Below are positions 11,701-24,756 of a DNA stretch of 64,000 bases, piece by piece; within the stretch, counting starts at the first letter, position 1, and each line of letters begins with the position of its first letter. The position numbers and the translations under genes were made by a program. Below the pieces are notes generated by a model. It saw nothing but the letters and a program-made list of their open reading frames with translations, was not told the DNA's origin and ran no database searches. This DNA is from Octopus sinensis (lineage: Eukaryota): positions 102,238,001 to 102,302,000 of the forward strand of contig NC_043001.1 of the NCBI RefSeq assembly GCF_006345805.1. Direction: 5' to 3'.

Positions 11701-12179
11701 AGACACACATATATATGAAAAACATGCATACATACAGAAATGAACTTATAATAATCGCCCAGTAATATCTCCTCACAAGCCATAGATGAACACACACAGC
11801 AAAGTAAAAATAGCCATCAAAATACCAAGACCGTTTTAGAGGCAGTTTATGTTTTGTAAAGAAATGTTACAGCAGCTGTAAACTAAACCACACACACACA
11901 GAATATGTGCAGAATGCGGCAGCATTTTAGAGGGTGCAACATCGGCAATAAATGCAAGATGGGTGCACAAGAGGCAAGATATTTTACTTCCTTCATGCAA
12001 CTTAGTCAATATTCTACAAAATAATTGCTGCCGATAATGGCAGTGCCAAGTTTGAAGCAAAGACGGAAAAAAATTTAAGCATGAGAAAAAGAAGAGAAAA
12101 AAAACAAACAACAACCACAATAAACCGATACAAACAAAAACAACAACAGCAAAAAAATACAAATGGAAAATAAGGTGAC

Positions 12180-13270
12180 ATTTAATATTATAATGGATGA
12201 GTAAGAGATAGAAGAAGAATGAGTGACGTTAGATATGTGTGAGAGAGAGAGGGGGGGATAGATGTGCAATGGTAGGTGACAGCACTCAGATACTGCAGTG
12301 GCGGATGGTGGTGGTGGGGGGGCGATCTTGCTGATTGTTTTCATGGGCAATGTCAAGAGTGGTGTCTGTTGGTAATGGCTGCAGTAAAGGTTGGGATTTC
12401 GGTGGTGCCGGTGGTCTTAATGAATCAGTGGTAAGGATGACGATTGGCGATTAGGGTTTCTATTGTCGTAGTCAAAGATGAGAAGGAAGATAGCCATGGT
12501 TGGTGGTGATGATGATGACGATGATGATGATGATCCTGTAGGCAATGTTATTCATGGTGGTGGTGGTGGAAATAGAGGACTGATGGTGTTGATGATAGTC
12601 ATAGTGATGGTGGTGGTTGTGATGGTATCAGAGATGGCGAGGGTGGGGTGGTTAGAATAAAGGTGTTGATGACGGTGTTGGTGATGATGTTGATAGTAGG
12701 GGGTAGTGGTAAGGATGGTGGTGTTGATGATGATAATGGTGAGGAAGGCAATATGTGGTGATGATTGCCATGAGGATGGTATCAAAGATGGGAGTGTTGA
12801 TTGTGTCAGTAATAGCGGTGGTGGTGATAGCAGTGATGGTTGCAATGTTATTAGTGATGATGATGGTGATGGTTGCAGTTGTAATGCGTGGGTGGTGGTG
12901 ATGGTTGCTGCAGTTTCTAGCAGGTCAAGTAAATGTCTTGTAGGTCCCTCACTTGTGTCAATGATATGCTGGCAATGGGGGTGGGGGTGGGGAGGCTGGT
13001 TATTGTTACTAAAGTTAATTGCAGTTCATTACGGTGGTAACGACAATACATATGGAGACTTTCAATTAGAAGAAATTAATTGTCAGTATCAACACTGCCA
13101 TCGACCACTCAACCACCACCACCACCACCACCACAACTACTGCCAACACACACACAGCACCTTCTCCATCCTCAACAATGCTACAAAGATCAATACCAAC
13201 AACAACAACAACAACAGAACCAACATTGCAAAATTCCACCCACCGACACCCAAAACAATCACGAAATAAG
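12180..13270. repeat. Low-complexity GAT/GGT and CAC/CAA trinucleotide-rich region
   Basis: Degenerate (GAT)n/(GGT)n runs to about 12960, then (CAC)n/(CAA)n from about 13100. The ORFs here are homopolymeric. Confidence 0.85.
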
Positions 13271-13989
13271 CTTTAGTTACCAATTAACTAATCCACCATC
13301 TTAACCGGAAGCTGGTTTTTTTTTTTTCATATTTTTTATATATATTTTAAATGCAATTGAACATTATTTCCATTTATTTCATTTTATTCATATTTTCTTT
13401 TCTACATTTTCTTGGTAACATATTTTCCAGTTATGATTTTCACAAAATTGTGTATATTTATATGTTTATTTATTTATTCATTTATTTATTTATTTATTAG
13501 ACTGCTTTTAGTGTAGATAAAATAATTAAAATATAAAAATGAATCAAAAGTCAGGGAGGTGAATAAAAGATTAACAAGATTTTTAATTGTTTTAAATGAG
13601 TTACAAAACAGTGACATATTAATTGGAGAGGAAGCTTACAACAATGAACACAATTGAAAATTCTATTAACTGCAGTAATACTGATTTCTCCTGACAAAGC
13701 AGCTACAAAGCAGATTTTATATGGAGAACAACCACAAAAACAAAAGACAAAAAAAAATTGCGTGAAAACCACCCAATAATGTTATTCATAATATGAGTCA
13801 ATGAAAGAACCTCTACTTGGTCATTTGTTATACTAGAAATGGCAGCTTAGTCACCAGCAAACCTGGTTCTATGGTCTTAAATAAAGGAATGGCACACTGA
13901 GTAATGTAATCCTAGATATCCTTAAAAAAAGATCAACCAAGTTATCATGGCTGGATTGTCTTTGATCAGAGGCTTCTTTAATCAAGGAC

Positions 13990-14310
13990 CACAGTAGTTA
14001 TGGTTTTTTTTTGTTTTTAAAGCCTGTTATTTATTCTATTAGTCTCTTCTTGCTGAACTGCTAGGTTATGGGGATGTAAACAAACCAACAGCGGTTGTCA
14101 CATACCGCTGGGGTAAACACAGACTGAAAGACACATGCACACAAACATATACGGCAGGTTTCTTTCAGTTTCTGCCTACCAAATCCAAGTCACTGGTCGA
14201 CCCAAAGCCATAGTAGAAGACACTTGCCCAAGGTGCCATGCACAGGGATTGAACATGGAGCCATGAGATTGGGAAGCAAGCTACTTACCACACAGCCACA
14301 CCTGCACCAT
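13990..14310 (-). mobile_element. SINE family B
   Basis: Reverse-complement family B motifs, ending CTTACCACACAGCCACACCTGC. Confidence 0.8.
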
Positions 14311-14577
14311 ATATGTGTATATATATATAATTGTTAAAGAGGACAACAATTATCGGCAGCATCGGAAACCAGCAATGGCTCCATAACTACCGTCTCGGCT
14401 ATAACCTTGGAGCCCTAGTTACAGCACTTACCTAGCGTACCTAATTTAGTTTAGATCACCTGTGAACTAAACCCCCATAATTTGTATGTACATACATATA
14501 TGTATATATTGATAGAAATGGTAAGACAACAAAAGAATGAAAGAGACCTTGATATTATGTAAATAGAGGAATTTATC

Positions 14578-15885
14578 TGTAAATATACTATGTGACAATT
14601 ATTCGGTAGCCACGAAGAGAATGGCACATTAAGTAATGTATTCCTAGATAGCCCTAAAAAAAGATCAACCAAGGCCAGGTTCAACAATCACACCTTGAGC
14701 TTCAGGCACTGGGATAAAAGGAAAATGACCAAATTATCCAGTCATATATGGTCCCTAAAAGAAAAGGGTGTCAACTATGACATCCTTTGGAAGATCTTAG
14801 CCAAGTGTAAGCCCTACACCAACAGCAGTGGAAAGTGTGGTCTTTGTGATATAGAAAGATGGCTCATCTGGAAAAGCAGCTTAGACGCCACATGTCTGAA
14901 TTCAAGAACTGAACTTTTCGGATCATGGCCATACGTGGCTAAATTTTTGTTACGTTTTTGGTCCCGCTAAAATTACAGATAGGACTTGCTTTCTATACTG
15001 TGTCCACGTACAAGCTTTTCATCTCTATATACTTTTTACTTAGATTTCTTATATATTTTTTTATATATATTTATAGAGATATTGTTTTATCGGTTTACTG
15101 CTCATATAATCTTTACACATATTTTTCTGTATTCTACCTTCCACCCTGCATTTTCCCTGTGCATATATAGATGTGTATATGGAATCCTTTGTGCATGCAT
15201 GTAGATGTGTGCATGTATGTGCAAATATAGATGTGTGTGTGCGTGCATGTGAGTATGTGCGTATATAGACGTATTTTACTCTTATTGCTTATTTTTACAC
15301 ATTTTTCTGTATTTTGCTTTAAGCCCTGTTTTTTCTTGTGCATGTGTGTCTATAGACGTGTATATGAATCTTTTTTTGTGCACGTGTGTGAGTATATACA
15401 TATGTGTGTGTGTGTGTATGCATATGGGTATGTGTGTATATTGGTGTGTTTTATTCTTATTGCTTATTTTTTTATACATGTTTACACATTTTTCTGTATT
15501 TTGCCTTTAGCCGTTTTTTCTTGTGCAAACAGGTATGCGGGTATGTATATATTTTTTGGCAAATGTGTGGATGAGCATGTGTGTTTCAAGTGAGGGTGGA
15601 TGAGTATATACATATAGCTGCATGTAGGTGGGTGTGCGGGCGTGCATGTATAGCTATGGACATGCACGCTTACGCGAATACTATGAACATTTATACTCCC
15701 TTACCTTTACGCCCACCCTTCACTTAGCGATGATTCTAATAGCTCTTTTGTCTTAACGGTCATTTTCATAGCATTTTTTCGATGGCCGGATAACTGAAGA
15801 GATGGCAGCGGGGGTTTCTGCCCCAACATCCGAAACTCGGAGTTTTATCATGGCTACCGAATAATTGTCACATATTATATTTACA
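14578..15885 (+). mobile_element. 5'-truncated Penelope-like element (GIY-YIG C-terminus, repetitive 3' region, hammerhead), bracketed by a 38-bp inverted repeat
   Basis: The frame ARFNNHTLSFRH..KRKMTKLSSHIWSLK...CKPY...CGLC..E...LNSRTELF matches the PLE endonuclease tail. Segments 14578-14615 and 15848-15885 are inverted copies with 2 mismatches. Three degenerate repeats of about 150-180 bp lie at 15040-15560. Confidence 0.8.
15789..15849 (+). ncRNA. Type-I hammerhead ribozyme fold in the PLE terminal repeat
   Basis: GATAA-CTGAAGA-GATG(...)CATC-C-GAAA-CTCGGAG-TT-TTATC. Stem I is 5 bp and extends further across an internal loop. Stem II has a 1-nt irregularity. Confidence 0.6.
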
Positions 15886-15901
15886 AATATATATATATAT
15901 A

Positions 15902-15991
15902 TATAAGTATATGAAAGAATGGAGTTGAACGACTAGTTAACAAATATCCTTGTTAACTAGTCGTTCAACTCCATTCTTTCATATACTTATA
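15902..15991. repeat. Perfect 42-bp-arm palindrome with a 6-nt loop, adjoining a (TA)n tract
   Basis: TATAAGTATATGAAAGAATGGAGTTGAACGACTAGTTAACAA / ATATCC / exact reverse complement. Confidence 0.95.
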
Positions 15992-16143
15992 ATTTTAAAA
16001 TAAACATACAAATTTCTGCATGAAGACACGTAGTCTATGCCCTAGGGACATAGCTTCAACCGTGTTCTTTCTGATGTGAATTTGCTACCCAGGTATCGGT
16101 TATCTTTCGAATTATCCTTAATAAGATAATTCATTCAACTACT

Positions 16144-16180
<37 letters not shown>

Positions 16181-16190
16181 TTGAAAAAAC

Positions 16191-16287
16191 TTGGAGTGAA
16201 CAAGAAGGGGTATGGCTGGACATTTATTTTTCAATTACTATACAAATTGAAAAATAAATGTCTGACCGTTCTCCTTGTTGACTCCAA
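16191..16287. repeat. Imperfect palindrome with a perfect 18-bp core, adjoining a (TA)n tract
   Basis: GACATTTATTTTTCAATT (16219-16236) pairs with 16245-16262. The outer TTGGAGT.AACAAG.AG pairs imperfectly. Confidence 0.9.
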
Positions 16288-16295
16288 ATGCTTTC

Positions 16296-16565
16296 AATTA
16301 TCTATTCACACATGACAGAAGCCTAAACACAAACCTGGAAGAACGTATAATACTACTGCTGGATAGCCCAGGGTAAACCTGAAGGTGGATGAGCTTTATA
16401 CTGTTCTCTACTGTGTTCTTTATAGAATATAACATCTCTCTATTTCCACATGTTCCTTTCTGTCGAAGAGTGTAGGCACAAAACATAAAAGACTTTCTCA
16501 CTTTACCGTACGTCAAACTAATACACCTGCTTGTTGTTTATACACCTGTCTTTGTCTTTTTTTTT
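16296..16565 (+). mobile_element. PLE-derived terminal fragment with a decayed hammerhead-like motif (CTGTCGA family)
   Basis: CTTT-CTGTCGA-A-GAGT-GTAG-GCAC-AAAACATA-AAAG at 16456-16491. The downstream sequence is shared with the copies at 33383 and 33989. Confidence 0.55.
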
Positions 16566-16589
16566 CCTGTAAATTTCAACTATAGGGGT

Positions 16590-17290
16590 AGGAGTGGCTG
16601 TGTGGTAAGTTGCATGCTTACAAACCACATGGTTCCGGGTTCAATCCCACTGCGTGGCACTTTGGGCAGGTGCCTTCTACCATAGCCTCAGCCAACCAAA
16701 GCCTTGTGAGTGGATTTGGTAGACGGAAACTGATAGAAGCCTGTCATATCATCATCATCGTTTAATGTCCGCTTTCCATGCTAGCATGGGTTGGACAAAT
16801 GACTGAGCACTGGTGAACCAGATGGCTGCACCAGGCTCCAATCTTGATCTGGCAGAGTTTCTACAGCTGGATGCCCTTCCTAATGCCAACCACTTCGAGA
16901 GTGTAGTAGGTGCTTTTATGTGCCACCGGCACAAGGGCCAGTTAAGTGGTACTGGCAACGGCCATACTCAAATGGTGCTTCTTATGTGCCACCTGCACTG
17001 GCAACAACCTCACTTGAATGTTTTCTTTCACGTGCCACCAGCACAAGTGCTAGTAAGGCGATGCAGGTAACGATCATGCTCGAATGGTGTTTTTAACAGA
17101 CAGACAAACATATGTATGTACAACAGGCTTCTTTTCAGTTTCCACTTACCAAATTTACCAATAAAGCGTTGGTTTGTTGCTTCAGGGCTATCGTAGAAAA
17201 CACTTGCCCAAAATGCAAAATCCAGTGAGACTGAACCTAAGACTACATGGTTGGCAAGCCAGCTGCTTAACCACACAGCCACGCCTGTGC
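16590..17290. mobile_element. SINE cluster: B(+) 16590-16745, C(-) 16746-17095, B(-) 17096-17290
   Basis: Family-diagnostic motifs in each segment. Confidence 0.8.
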
Positions 17291-17469
17291 CTGTAGGACC
17301 ATTTGACCACTTGTTACACATCCACATATTGCATGACACCTTCAAAATTGTATGGCACTTCAAGAGAGCTGGAGAGTCTGAGTTGTGACAGCTAACTATC
17401 CTTGGCATAAATAATAAAATAATAATCTTGAGCAAGTCTCTTCGTGTCCTTCACTCAACAAAAGATCAT

Positions 17470-17900
17470 CATCATCATTGTTGTCATTGTCGTCTGGTCA
17501 AGCTTGCTCAGACATTTTGAACGCACACACAACATACATCTCAGTCCTGCATTAGTTGAGGGAGGCAGCCAATGTCTCTGGTGAGTTGATCTCATGTGTG
17601 GTGTTCGCTTGAGTACGGCCATGCTTTAGCATCCCTAGCTGTAAGTCACTTGCCAGCTCCTTTTTGGCTCACGAGTAATGTCCCACAAAGTGCAGCCATC
17701 TTTCTCTTGTAATGACAGAAACAGAAAATAAACCTTACAAAACAATTGCTCTCTGCAACACCTTAATTCTGTTGCTCATCTCTTTGGCCACAAAGCTCGA
17801 TTACCAGGGAAATTAGTTCCTCAATACTGTTTCTCTACCCTTGTATGGTTTGGTGAAAGCAATGACATTATGGAACCCTTCGACTGTTTCAGGCATCGGA
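17470..17900 (-). mobile_element. Degenerate RTE-1-type LINE 3' end
   Basis: Minus frames give ...SVITRERWLHFVGHYS*AKKELASDLQL..KHGRT...DQLTRDIGCLPQLMQD, followed by a (GAT)n tail. Confidence 0.6.
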
Positions 17901-19299
17901 ACCACCAAACTGAGTCGACTGCCAATGGGCTTTATTTGTTGGGACTGGAAACTTCTTCCATCCTATCAGACCACCACAGCATGTCATTAACACACATTCT
18001 ATCAAAATTAGTTGTGTCTCTTTGTTTGGTTATATGAGACACACTTGAGCCCTGGTACATTAACAAGCTGTTTGGTGTCCCCTTTCACAGCATCACTCTT
18101 ATGCAGATGATTCTACTGGTCAGTCTTCAGCACACACGGGTCAATGTAGACACCAACTAGTTGCATACCATCACACCCCAGGCCTGACTACTGCAACAAT
18201 CTCCTGTTATCATCCTTTTTACAGCTTACTCTATCTACTTCATAAATCCATTCCTTGCAGAATGTCAGCCTCCTTGAATTATCTTCATTTCTAAGGTTTT
18301 ATTGCAGATATCGACTTACAGACATTTAAGCTGAAGATGAACTTCATTGATCTCACAACAACTGAATGGGACAGAGAGAGCAAAGATCAAGGGCAATAAA
18401 CCTTACTCCAGGCTACAACATGCTACCTTACTGTCTACCAGTAGTTATAAACTACCTCATTTCTATGAATGATTTTAAACTATATATAAGGAATAACACT
18501 CAGATGGAGAATCTAAAAGAAACTGTTTAGGAAATCTAAGATGTCAAAATGAATACAGCATTGAATAGATATACTATTAAGTGAGATTTAAACACTGAAA
18601 CCCATCAAAACTACTCATACAAGTTCTTTGGAAACGGATGGAAATGAGTGGATGTAACATGCAGAAATTAAAGAGAAAATTCAGACTAAAATATATATAA
18701 TGCCAGAAGTAAGATAATCTGTATGATTTTTGTAGTTGGCATTTAGTTGTTGTTAAAAACTAACCATCCTAGACATAACTACAGCTTTAGTACAACTCTA
18801 ACGGTTAGTGAAAATATTTAGAAGCTGAAGAAATAATGTTGTTCATAAAATTAAAGACAGGGTTAGGGGAAAAAGAAAAGATGAAAACATAAAAAGTTTT
18901 CTGTACATAGAAGAAATCAATAAATAACTAATTAGAAGCTAATTACACACAGGAAAGACTTAGATATGGATTAAGCAACATTGAAGATTGAGAAATAATA
19001 TATGCATTCAAAATGGAACTTCAAAATATATTACACAAAAAAATATTAAAACCTAAAAACAGTTCAAAAGCTCTGAACCCAAGAAGAAATGGAATGAGTG
19101 ATTTTGGCAAGAGAGGATCAATTCATAGCCACGTGATACAGTCAAAATAAAATGATAAATGAATTAATGTTAACTAGGTGAGATAAACATCAGAGATGCT
19201 TTGCCCCATGCAGAAAGGGCAGAAGCAACTCAGAGCTTTTGCTGGCTTTCCATCAAAATCCTTTGCAATGCTGGAAATCCTTCCATAATGTCAACAGGT

Positions 19300-19530
19300 T
19301 CACAAGCATTTTGTCCCTTAACCTGTATGCTCCACATGAGTTGGGCAGTGAGTACTAATCTAGTCTTCACCTATGAAAGGGTTCCATTTGCAGTCTCTTA
19401 TCAACCATAGCTATCTTGAGCTAGTTTCAGCTGCTGTGTCTATTTCTTTGATGGCTTTCTTTGGTCGTCTGGGTTCTAGGCCTAGCTTCTGCAAGAAATT
19501 TCAGCTTATGTAATCAGCATTAAGAAACAT
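19300..19530 (-). mobile_element. HERO-clade RLE LINE, 3' tip
   Basis: The minus frame FLQKLGLEPRRPKKAIKEIDTAAETSSR*LWLIRDCKW matches the HERO C-terminal AE.AS.WLW.KR motif. Confidence 0.7.
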
Positions 19531-20039
19531 TTGACCACTTTTCTGGTTACACAGCACAAAGACAAAACATATTGTCAGACATGATCAAACATTATATACA
19601 GACACTTCTAGATTATTGTTTACACCACTGCAGTGTTTTCTCTATATAAATCTAATCCTGTTAAAAACTACAACCATTTTTACAAAATGAAGTTAGTCCA
19701 ATATAAAAGTCATAAAAATATAACTATTGCATAAATTTGGAGGAAACTGGCTAAATATGAGATAATGATTGTTGGTGTACGTCAGTGGCACCCAACCATT
19801 TTTAACCTATGGACTCACTTGATTCCTTTTTTCTCTACTGGACCCCTAGAGCCATTTGATGTTTAAATAAAATTCTCATTTGATTTTTATAATTAAATAT
19901 TATTAGCCAGAACCGTCTGACTGGCCCTTGTGCCAGCATGGAAAGCAGATGTTAAACGATGATGATGATATTAGGGATTGTAGAAACCACTCTGAAAGTG
20001 TAGTGGGTGCTTTTTTATGTGCCACCAGCACATACACCA

Positions 20040-20340
20040 TTGCCATTGCTGTCATCATCATCATCATCCTTAGATTTCCATTTTCCCACACTTGGTTGGA
20101 TGGCTTTAGCCAGCACAATACCTTTCTGCTTGGGTTTTTTTCTGTCATTATTTATGTGAGGGTCAGCTTCCTCATTACTTCTTTTCTGTGCCTTGCTTGT
20201 TATTCCTCTTCCACAGGTTCCTTCCACTTTGATTGCTAAACACTTCTTTGGCCAATTGTCATTGTTTATATGCATCATATGTCCACACCAGTGTAGTCCT
20301 GTTTCTTACACACTAAATCTGATTGTACAGACCTCATAGT
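20040..20340 (-). mobile_element. RTE LINE 3' end with (GAT)n tail
   Basis: Minus frame RLHWCGHMMHINNDNWPKKCLAIKVEGTCGRG. Tail reads CCATCCAACCAAGTGTGGGAAAATGG...(GAT)n. Confidence 0.75.
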
Positions 20341-20809
20341 TGAGAGAGGGAACGGAACTAGGGAAAGTGGCTGTGTGCCAGGCAAGAGGTTACAGTATGA
20401 TAAAAGACACATCATTTGTGCCACACAACTTTATAAGCTTTGATCCCTTTTTATTCTGTCATAACAACAGCCAACATGTGCATCAGAATAATGTTACCCA
20501 ACATGTCTACTAACATCATCCTCTCTAATAACAAAGTCCTAGCCATCTGTTGTAGAGGTAATCTGTAAAAGGGACTCGTTAAAAGAGTCCACTTTGTTCA
20601 TCAGTCAGTCCTGATTGTAATGTAGAGTTCACTGTTGCTGTCTTATACCCTCTGACTAGTCTGTATCCCAATTATCTTATCCCTCTACAACAATATGCCA
20701 ACACTACCAATTCCATTACTGTTACCTACCCAGGATTTCTACCCAGGATTTCTACCCAGTATTTGTTTATCATAATTCTCAAAACTGGCTGATTGTTGGA
20801 GATTCTATT

Positions 20810-21740
20810 TGACAATGACCAAGTTCTCAGAGCTGAATCTGCTGAAGAAATTGATAAATTCCAAAAGTGAAAGAAAAGCCTAAAGTTTTAAAGTAAACTT
20901 AGCAAAACCAAGTGTTTTAGTTTACAGAAAAGAAGACAGGACTCTGCTGCCATCTGGGAAATGGCTGTAATTGATGTGCAAGAAAGAGCAGGTTAGAATT
21001 CTATATGATGCACTCATTGTAAATTATGGATATACAAGAGTGTAGTGAATTCAGCAGGATGGCAAAGCACTTTGTATATAACAGATGCAGGGAAGTGTTT
21101 GGCAGTGGATAAAGTACCCAAGAGCTGAATTCTTTTAGATGCCATAAAGGCTCCCTAAAGGTAACTGATAGCATCTATTAATGAGGTAATCTAATTAGTA
21201 GTGGTGGTGATGGTGGTGCTCCAAAAGCATGGAGGAAGAAAGAGGTGCATGAAGTTTGGGGAGCCATTAATTCTGCTGGTAATAAAAAGTTCCTCCCTCC
21301 TCAAAATGAAGAGAAGAATGTATGATGTTTGTGTATGAAGTGCAATGTTGCAAGCTAATGAAACATGGATATTTAATGCAGAGAATGTGCAATAGCTAGA
21401 AAGGAAAGGAAGAAGGCAAGCACACACCATTGGACACATGTAATATTAGTGAATGTACATGAGGGAACATAAATGAGCTGAGATAATCTAGCTATAAGAA
21501 GGATCAGCAATAGCATGCTAGAGCTTGTATGGTCATGTGGTGCGTATGAAGGCTGAGTGCTGGGTAAAGAAGTGCTAAGCAATTGAAGTAGAAGAAATCT
21601 GCGGAAGAGAAAGACTGAGCAGGACATACAAAGTGATAAAAGCTGATTTCAATGGGCAGGAGATGATAAACAACCAGAATAAATGGTGAGATTCTGTGTA
21701 GGACAAAATCTGTCTAACCCATACAAGCATGGACAGAATG
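20810..21740 (+). mobile_element. Degenerate RTE LINE (RT C-terminal half to 3' end)
   Basis: Fragments include ...RAESAEEIDKFQK...KTK...NSI*CTHCKLWIYK... and LYGHVVRMKAECWVKKC*AIEVEEICGR. The 3' end reads CTGTCTAACCCATACAAGCATGG. Confidence 0.7.
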
Positions 21741-22019
21741 GGCCTAAATTGGTAATGGAGATGGTGGCAGCAAAGACAGGTGCTAAGTAGTGAGGAAAAA
21801 TACACTAAAAAATGCCAAGTAGTATGAAGAGAAAAAGAAAGCAATCTACAAGGAACGGTTCATATGAAATGGAAATGTTCCCCAACATACATATGGCTAC
21901 TGTTTAGTCTCAACTGACTCAGACGCACAAGAAAATGATATGAACTTGTGATGATGACTTCCTTAGGCAAACATGAAAAAGATAAACAGATTATGCCTTT
22001 CCAAAAACATTGAATGAAG

Positions 22020-22150
22020 CACATTATTTACATTTGAGGGATATTTGTCCTCATCTTGTTTGTTATTAACACAACATTTCAGCTGACAAACCCTCCAGCT
22101 TTCATCAGGTGTCTTGGGGAAATTACAAACCTGGGTTCTCCTTCCTAAGC
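22020..22150 (-). mobile_element. PLE terminal-repeat fragment with hammerhead fold (same family as 46288-46860)
   Basis: Minus strand at 22069-22112 reads ACAC-CTGATGA-A-AGCTG(...)CAGCT-GAAATGT-T-GTGT. Confidence 0.7.
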
Positions 22151-22265
22151 TTTATTTTGAAAACACCTGCATCCACCCCATGCAGGTCTCTCAGGTCCTT
22201 TGGAAGGATATTGAAGAGCTGTGGACCTCTGAAGCCCAGGCTATTGCAGTATCTTGTCCTACATC
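22150..22265 (-). mobile_element. CR1-group LINE C-terminal fragment
   Basis: Minus frame RTRYCNSLGFRGPQLFNILPKDLRDLHGVDAGVFKIKL. Confidence 0.7.
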
Positions 22266-24756
22266 TTGATGGCAACTAAATATTTTTAAAGCTTCAAAAT
22301 TTCCCTAGGTGTTCTTGACTAAATCATCCTGACTACATTGATAAAAAGAAAAAAAACCTCCACTGAGGCTATGTATTAAAGACATATAAACAGTTGAAAA
22401 CATTCATGCTGTATTGAAGCATCTCCCCTAATTTATGCTTTGCAACTGTTTCATATTCCTATTTTCACTGTAGTTTTTATACATTATAGCAATTTTTATA
22501 CTGTATTATAGTTCAATTTAGCTATGAATTCTCTCCATAAGGTACTTTTATAGTATTAGTTTGTTTAGTTTGCTAAAACACTATTTTAACACACCTGAAA
22601 AGCTGGTGGACATTTTCATACAAAGTTGTTAGGTTTTTTTTTTATTATTATTTTTCATGGTGCATTATCGATCTGTTGCTATATTTTCTCTGGTTTTCAT
22701 GTTTATAGTCTAATTTTAACACATTCAAAATTAGTGTTTTCTTTGTTTTTAACTTTTCTCCTTCACTTTATTTTTCATTTTTTAAAAAAATTTTGCTTCT
22801 TCTTTACAGATTTTTTTTGCAGCTCTTACCACCTTCAGTCCTTATAGTTTTCAAAAAAAAAAACATTTATTTTATAGTGAGATATCCACACAATTATATG
22901 GGTAAACTATTTCATATTTCAACACCAGTTATATAATTTTTTTTTATTAATATTTATATATTATAATTCAGTGTAGTAATTATATTAAATTTCTTCTTTA
23001 TGTTTTTGTGATATCAATTTGCATTATTAGTTTATTCATACTGTATTTTAACACACACATAAATCTGTTGGGCATTTTTATTACATTTTGATCTTTACTT
23101 CCTCTATCTTCTTACTTTTAAACATTTTCAAAATTAGTATGGTACATTTTATTTATTCCTTTGTGCTAAATTTTTTTTCGTCATCTCTGAAGCTCTGTGG
23201 TATCCTACCATGTCTGTTTTCAAATCCTTTTGTTCCCATTAAGTGATTATATACACATATGGTAATGTGTATGTATAGAAGGGGGTGCAAAGGCAAGTGG
23301 AATGCTCCAAACTAAATAGTACATCCCTTTCAAAATACATATGGCAGGACAAGGACAAAGAAGTGGACAACATAATTTCATTGGGGATCCCCCCGCCCCG
23401 ATGCAGCAAGATCTTTTAAGAAGAGGGAAATGAAATATAATATCAGTTTTTTTAATATAATTGATGATATTGCTTATAGAGAAAGCTTACATTAATGACT
23501 GCTTTAATATTTTATTTCATTCAAAATGTACCCATGAACATTGTAAATATCTCTCTGTAATCATAAATTCAATCTGTGGGAAGAGTCTATTTTTTTTTTA
23601 AAAGGGGAACAAGAAGAAAATATATTATAATCACTTGTGTATGTTTCAAATATTCATTAAAGCAAGCAATTATGTGGATACACTACCAACACAAATCAGA
23701 AAATATAAAGAAAGTGAAAGATGAAATAAACAGCAAGAGACAGCAGCAGTAAGCAACCAGCATAGAAGTGGAAGACATGAGGATCCCCTATAATCATGGG
23801 TATACTGAGTGACCTAACCAATAAATATCAACAGAAACTTAGAATTCTCAAGTTGGTAAACGAGGCAAACAATTGCAGCTGTACAATTTCAATCCATAAT
23901 ATTGCAAATATATATTCCAGATTTTCTTAATTCCTCAAATTCAACATCAAACTCCATTGGTGGAATCGGTTAAATGTTATCTCGGTTTCAACAAACAACA
24001 AACTTTCTACTTAGGAAGATGTCTTCTTTATAACAAAATTTTAAACAAATATAAAAACTACATCAAGTTCACATGATATTTATGATTTTGAGTACATTAA
24101 TGTGTATGTGTATATAATATATGTGTGTGTGTGTGTATAGCTTGATACACTACCATTTTATATGGCTTATTCTTGTATACACATTAATATTGGCCTTGCA
24201 TAAGACATGTATGTTGAAGCTGGAATGAATAATATGCAAGCTTGACATATAAACAGACATTTCAAAAAAAACCTAGAGTTTCTATCGTTTTGAATTATAG
24301 AAGATAACAAAATGACTAAAACTCAAAGAGAGACATAAACGAAAGAAGGAGAGGAAGAGAGACGTAAGCAGAACCAGTCAAAGCAAAAGAGTCGATATTG
24401 TTACAAAATGCATTCTTTTCTCTATTTTCTTTTTGTTGGTTTTAATAGATATCTTAGTGTAGGTAACTGCAGAGCAGCATGCCTAGAGAACAACATCAGC
24501 CTCCACCCTAGACAACACAGAATACCAACAGACCTACCAACATGATCACCTCATTACGGTCAATAGGCTAGAAAATGAAGCTGGATGTTTGACCAGTTAC
24601 CAATGATATTAATAAGAACTGAACAGTGGGCTGGCATAATAACAATGCCAACAGTGAACTATATAGGATTGCAGAGATGCACACATGTCTGTAGGCACTC
24701 AGACACAGAGCTACAACTAAGATCAAATGCAGAATGGTGCATAATGTATGAAAAAC

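Noticed and set aside
12478-13304. Long ORFs, including the 187-aa ORF
   Set aside because: They are translations of GAT/GGT/CAC/CAA low-complexity DNA with no domain signal.
14340-14460. Possible additional hammerhead on the minus strand
   Set aside because: The core is too degenerate (CTAGGGC / GAGAC) to support a call.
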